Below, one piece after another: positions 35,959 to 40,115 of a DNA stretch of 40,115 bases. Origin of the DNA: Bacteroides sp. GTDB taxonomy: Bacteria > Bacteroidota > Bacteroidia > Bacteroidales > Bacteroidaceae. The notes beneath the pieces are model-generated. The model saw only the letters and a list, made by a program, of their open reading frames with translations, did not search any database and had not been told where the DNA came from. The stretch covers positions 1 to 40,115 of the forward strand of contig DALZBD010000001.1 of the NCBI GenBank assembly GCA_031977515.1, written 5' to 3'. The number at the start of each line of letters is the position of its first letter. The first letter of the stretch is position 1. The translations under genes and the position numbers were made by a program.

Positions 35959-36810
35959 ATGAACCTCAAAAGACAAATTGAAGAGATCATCCATGATCCG
36001 ATTTCAGACACCTTCCTTTCCACAGGCAGGATAAGCACTGCCTCCGGAAAAAGCTATTTCCTCAAAACAGGAGCAGAAAGTACAACCTATGCCTGTGAAG
36101 CTCATTCCCTGAACGAGATAGCACAGGCAACAGTTATCAGGACTCCGCAGGTGATTGCTGTCGGAAAGAATTTCCTGATCACGGAGTATATCGAAAACGG
36201 ATACGGTGACAAAAGCTTTTTTCGCAACCTGGGTATACGTCTGGCTGCATTGCATCGGACAACTACTGATCAATATGGCTTCTACGAAGACAATTACATC
36301 GGTGCCAACCCGCAGCCCAACCTCCCTACCGGGGAGGAAAGAACCCACTGGCCTGCTTTCTACTTCAATAAACGTCTGCTCTTTCAATACCGTCTTGCCG
36401 AGAGAAATGGCTATGTCACTTCCGAATTGCAAAGTGGCTTCCACTTTCTGGAAAAGCATATAGAAGAGATACTGGCCAATAGCAACGAACCTCCTACTCT
36501 CCTGCACGGTGACCTATGGGGAGGGAATTTTCTATGTGACAACCAGGGTGAACCGGTACTGATCGACCCTGCCGCATATTATGGCCACCGGGAAGCAGAT
36601 CTGGCCATGACCCGACTGTTCGGAGGATTCTCTCCGGCTTTCTATGAAGCCTATCAGGAGGCTTATCCTTTACAGCCGGGCTGGGAATACCGGGAGAATA
36701 TCTACAAACTATACCATATACTCAATCATCTCAATCTGTTCGGACGTGGATATCTGTCAGATGCAGAATCTCTGATGAACTATTACAGAATTCAGACAAA
36801 TGCCGGATAA
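35959..36810 (+). CDS. Fructosamine kinase family protein
   Basis: LAALH, PTLLHGDLWGGN, DPAAYYGHREADLAM and YHILNHLNLFG motifs. Confidence 0.92.
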   Translation: MNLKRQIEEIIHDPISDTFLSTGRISTASGKSYFLKTGAESTTYACEAHSLNEIAQATVIRTPQVIAVGKNFLITEYIENGYGDKSFFRNLGIRLAALHRTTTDQYGFYEDNYIGANPQPNLPTGEERTHWPAFYFNKRLLFQYRLAERNGYVTSELQSGFHFLEKHIEEILANSNEPPTLLHGDLWGGNFLCDNQGEPVLIDPAAYYGHREADLAMTRLFGGFSPAFYEAYQEAYPLQPGWEYRENIYKLYHILNHLNLFGRGYLSDAESLMNYYRIQTNAG

Positions 36811-36850
36811 ATTGTTCTTAGCATAAAAGTATCAAAAAGGAAGAAAGTGT

Positions 36851-37843
36851 TTATTCCTCATCTATCTGCAGCATTTGCCAGTTTCCCTGTTTATCTCTCC
36901 TGTAAAAAGTACCGGCAGGTGCGTGCAGAAGTGGTACAATATCCGGAGAGCAATTGCATATCTGATTCAGGTGACACACTCCATAGTTGCCATTGTCGCT
37001 GAGATATTCATCACTTTCCTCTCCGGTATAGAACATCCAGCCACTGTCTCCTTCATCCTCGGGTTCTGTACGCTCCATATAACCAACGGGCTGTCCTTCT
37101 ACGAAAATTTGTCTGGTAGCTATACAGACAATACCTTCGTTCCAGTTGGTCAGCCAGTCGTCTCCCACCGGGATAGCAGTACTTTCGGTGGGTACTTCCA
37201 CATCGGCTTTTGCACGGTTTACATCCACTACTAAAGCTTCATCGGGCAATGCCTCTATCAGCGCTTCTGCACCCAGAGCCTGTTTGTATGCCACCTCCTC
37301 TTCATAAAGAGGGATCATCTGATAGAAGTTTACCTCCTCACCATCAGGTAGTGTACAACAGAAAGAATCTTCTCCGAAAGAGACCGGACAGATCAGTAGT
37401 ATGGTGTTGAGCTCTGTATTATCGGCCAGAGGTTCTCCGGCAGGCACTGTATGTCCCCACCCGAGCCAGGTATCGTGTTCAATCGGGAGTCGGGCCATGA
37501 TCTTGAGCCAGCGTAAGGGCCAGTACCAACGTTCGTCCGAATTCTGTAAATCCCAATCAGGTGGCAGACAGATCATCATTTCGGCACGCTTCAGCTGATA
37601 TTCATCCAGATCCGCAGGTACATTCATAAGGTGTGCTCCCATCCCCATAGTCACCAATGTATAATAGTTTCTCTCCGGGGTTGGATCGATAATAGCAATA
37701 TCCACATGAATATCAGGCGAAACGATTTCATGGAAGACATTGGCATACGGTCCGAAATAGTTCTCAATGTGTTTTTCTACAGCGTCTATCTGCTCTTCTG
37801 TATAGAGTTCGGGAGAATACGATTCTTCTTGTTGGTTGCTCAT
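36851..37843 (-). CDS. Suppressor-of-fused (SUFU) domain plus DUF2185/Imm33-like domain protein
   Basis: HEIVSPDIHVD, LVTMGM, WLGWGHT and IPLYEEE (SUFU); VGYMER...DSGWMF.G.ESDEY (DUF2185). Confidence 0.82.
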   Translation of the reverse strand: MSNQQEESYSPELYTEEQIDAVEKHIENYFGPYANVFHEIVSPDIHVDIAIIDPTPERNYYTLVTMGMGAHLMNVPADLDEYQLKRAEMMICLPPDWDLQNSDERWYWPLRWLKIMARLPIEHDTWLGWGHTVPAGEPLADNTELNTILLICPVSFGEDSFCCTLPDGEEVNFYQMIPLYEEEVAYKQALGAEALIEALPDEALVVDVNRAKADVEVPTESTAIPVGDDWLTNWNEGIVCIATRQIFVEGQPVGYMERTEPEDEGDSGWMFYTGEESDEYLSDNGNYGVCHLNQICNCSPDIVPLLHAPAGTFYRRDKQGNWQMLQIDEE

Positions 37844-38025
37844 GATCTTGTATTTTAGAAGTTAATTACAAATGGATATGCAAATATAGAAAATAGCCCG
37901 GGAGGGACATAATATCCATACGGTGTTTTTTAGTAGTATGAGTATTTACTATCTGCTCTTCATCAAACAGCTTTACGGGATAAGGGCAATAAGGAAAAGC
38001 CAACTTTGTGACCATACACAAAAAC

Positions 38026-38064
38026 AAATGCCGGAAACAGTCTCAGGACTACTTTCCGGCATTT
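38026..38064 (-). terminator. Terminator after the YkuD-like gene
   Basis: AAATGCCGGAAA / TTTCCGGCATTT stem. Confidence 0.7.
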
Positions 38065-38110
38065 ATTTATCTAAAAAGATAACTATATATTTCAGATCAG
38101 ACTTTTATAT

Positions 38111-38872
38111 TTATGAGAACAGATTTTCAGAAGCGGTTCCTGCAAAAAGAGCAGCATCACTGAAAAAGTCACTTTTTTCTCTGTACTCCTCGTTATCTGC
38201 ATATATATACACCACACTTCCGTCTCTGATCGCATCGATCACAGGTTTGGATATCTGCGGCGGTAAAGCCGGACAACCCAGGCTACGCCCCAATCTACCT
38301 GCAGTCTTGATACGGGCAGGATCGGCATATTTAGAGCTGTGAAACACAACTGCACGCTCACGTACCTTATCGTTGATCCCTCTTTCCAGACCATCTATAC
38401 GCAACGAATATCCGTATTTACCGTGATAGGTCTCATTGGTCAGAAAAAAGCCCTGAGAACTCTTGTATGAATTCACCTGATTGGAGAAAGAGGTCGCATA
38501 GTTCACTCCACTGTTGCGTCCGTGCAACACATGGGTCTTATACAGAAGCTCTTTCTGCTCCATATCGATCACATACATACGCTCTTCATTCAAAGGCAGA
38601 CTGAAATCAATAATGGTCAGTACATCTTTTTTCTTATCCTCGATTTGTTCAAATCCTGCAACGGCCTCTTCAAAAGCCTGATAATTAACAACTTCAGCAA
38701 GTCCTATTTCTTCGTACAGTTCTTCCGGATTCAACGGTGCTTCCTGCACTTCTTCCATAAGTACCTGCTCTTCCCATACATTCTCTACCAGGAGGTCTAA
38801 TTCTTTATTACACGATACAAATGTTACCCCAAATACCCCCATCATTACAAACAGATTCAATAGTTTTCGCAT
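38111..38872 (-). CDS. Murein L,D-transpeptidase catalytic-domain (YkuD_2) lipoprotein
   Basis: Lipobox FVSC; IIDFS, HGRNSG, FSN...SSQG, VVFH and GRSLGCPA motifs. Confidence 0.88.
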   Translation of the reverse strand: MRKLLNLFVMMGVFGVTFVSCNKELDLLVENVWEEQVLMEEVQEAPLNPEELYEEIGLAEVVNYQAFEEAVAGFEQIEDKKKDVLTIIDFSLPLNEERMYVIDMEQKELLYKTHVLHGRNSGVNYATSFSNQVNSYKSSQGFFLTNETYHGKYGYSLRIDGLERGINDKVRERAVVFHSSKYADPARIKTAGRLGRSLGCPALPPQISKPVIDAIRDGSVVYIYADNEEYREKSDFFSDAALFAGTASENLFS

Positions 38873-39016
38873 ATCAATAATTTAGGTTTAGTATAAATCT
38901 ATCTTTTTGGCTAAAACAGAAATAGTGAAAGCCGGATGCAGTGAGAATTTATTCCCGGTTTGCTGAGGCACTCCCTATTTTTGTATTACAAATATACGAA
39001 AAGCTATCGACCTAAT

Positions 39017-40015
39017 CTACTCTATTACAATTATTAAACTTTCATTAACGAACAATCTATCATACACGAACTTCGCATGAGAGGTAGCATTCCGGACACA
39101 CATATGGGACCGCGGAGTGGTACCGAGGGTGTTGCTGAACTCAATAATCGAGGTTCTGGGGTAATTGACCGGGACACCATGCACATATCCTCCGTTGGAG
39201 AATCTACTGGCATAGGGTGCAAAGCCTGTAATATCATTCGTACCATCTTTGAGGTAGTACATTTTATCCTTTTTTTCCTGTACGACGAAGATTCCCAGTG
39301 GGGTTTCTTTCTGATAAGGAGGCTTCTCCAGGCCTGTCGTAGCGGGGTTCATACTGCGTATCAGCCACTTACCCTCACTCCACTCCAGCACCGTGATATT
39401 CTGATTCTTCCGGTCTACCACGGCCAGCCAGTCAAATTCTCTGGTATTTACAGATTTAACATACTTTTCAGGAACCATCCACTGGCCGGAAAAAGAAGCT
39501 ACTTCTATTTTTAACATCCCTGTACTATCGGATTTGCTCAGGATCCGGACCAGTGCTCCGTCTGTTCCATAGCGTTCGGGGGTAGCCGGATCGTCTGGTG
39601 TATATAAAGGTATACCCTGGTGCCGGTCCACCCCATAGCTGTCTTCCCTGCCCTGGTCCGTAGGGTCTTCTACCAGAGGAGGCCTGCCATGTTCATTGCC
39701 CCTGTTCTCTATATACCCCCACTGAGCTGACTCCTGATTGATATTCTCTACCTGTGCCAGATATACCTTTATCTTCTCCCATTGAAACTCACGGGTAGTA
39801 TCCTTATAGGGATACGTATCGGCCAGTGTATGCTGATCATAGAGCAAAGCCTTCTCCAATACCACATCTTCCGGCCTTTTATCAGCTTTTACGACCGTTT
39901 TTTCCGTTTCAACGGTCATTTCCTGAATAAGATTGTCTTTCACTGTTTTCCCCTGACAGGCCAGACCTACCAGAAAACAGGAAAGAAAGCCTCCTGAAAC
40001 AATTATATTCCTCAT
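39017..40015 (-). CDS. L,D-transpeptidase (YkuD) lipoprotein
   Basis: Lipobox GLAC; TPLGIF and HGVP...SHMCVR catalytic motif. Confidence 0.88.
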   Translation of the reverse strand: MRNIIVSGGFLSCFLVGLACQGKTVKDNLIQEMTVETEKTVVKADKRPEDVVLEKALLYDQHTLADTYPYKDTTREFQWEKIKVYLAQVENINQESAQWGYIENRGNEHGRPPLVEDPTDQGREDSYGVDRHQGIPLYTPDDPATPERYGTDGALVRILSKSDSTGMLKIEVASFSGQWMVPEKYVKSVNTREFDWLAVVDRKNQNITVLEWSEGKWLIRSMNPATTGLEKPPYQKETPLGIFVVQEKKDKMYYLKDGTNDITGFAPYASRFSNGGYVHGVPVNYPRTSIIEFSNTLGTTPRSHMCVRNATSHAKFVYDRLFVNESLIIVIE

Positions 40016-40115
40016 ATCTCATTTATTTGTTCAGAAATGAAAACACCATTGCGGGCAGGATGGTTTTAAAACGCATAAAAGAGACAATGTATTTGAATAA
40101 AAGCAAAGGCCACCC

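Overview
A Bacteroidales (probably Bacteroides) chromosomal segment, judged from the gene content and many TAnnTTTG -7 promoter elements. All family assignments come from motif recognition, not database searches. The core backbone is tRNA-Ser, mutS2, corA, sdaA, a PepSY-like gene, pirin, pdxH, an MBL hydrolase, DUF4468/flavin reductase, a VOC protein, a methyltransferase, a MutS-like ATPase, uxuA, a GH67 alpha-glucuronidase, pulA, ruvC, DUF4286, tRNA-Ala, fructosamine kinase and two L,D-transpeptidases. Accessory modules interrupt it: a hipBA-like toxin-antitoxin pair with a collapsed ISL3 transposase relic beside tRNA-Ser; a four-gene Mfa1-4-like type V pilus operon whose third subunit has a lectin-like C-terminal extension; an AraC regulator paired with an alpha-oxoamine synthase; a 589-aa histone-H1-like Ala/Thr/Lys protein; a one-gene islet bounded by a duplicated tRNA-Ala 3' end; an MNT-HEPN fusion; and a SUFU/DUF2185 immunity-like protein. 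The intergenic DNA holds several unexplained repeat families: 63-bp inverted repeats bracketing a 2.1-kb two-gene block, a 33-bp motif and heptamers placed just after stop codons, GTAG-type REPs in two 5' leaders, and a ~100-bp palindrome. No CRISPR array, intact transposase, integrase or reverse transcriptase was seen.
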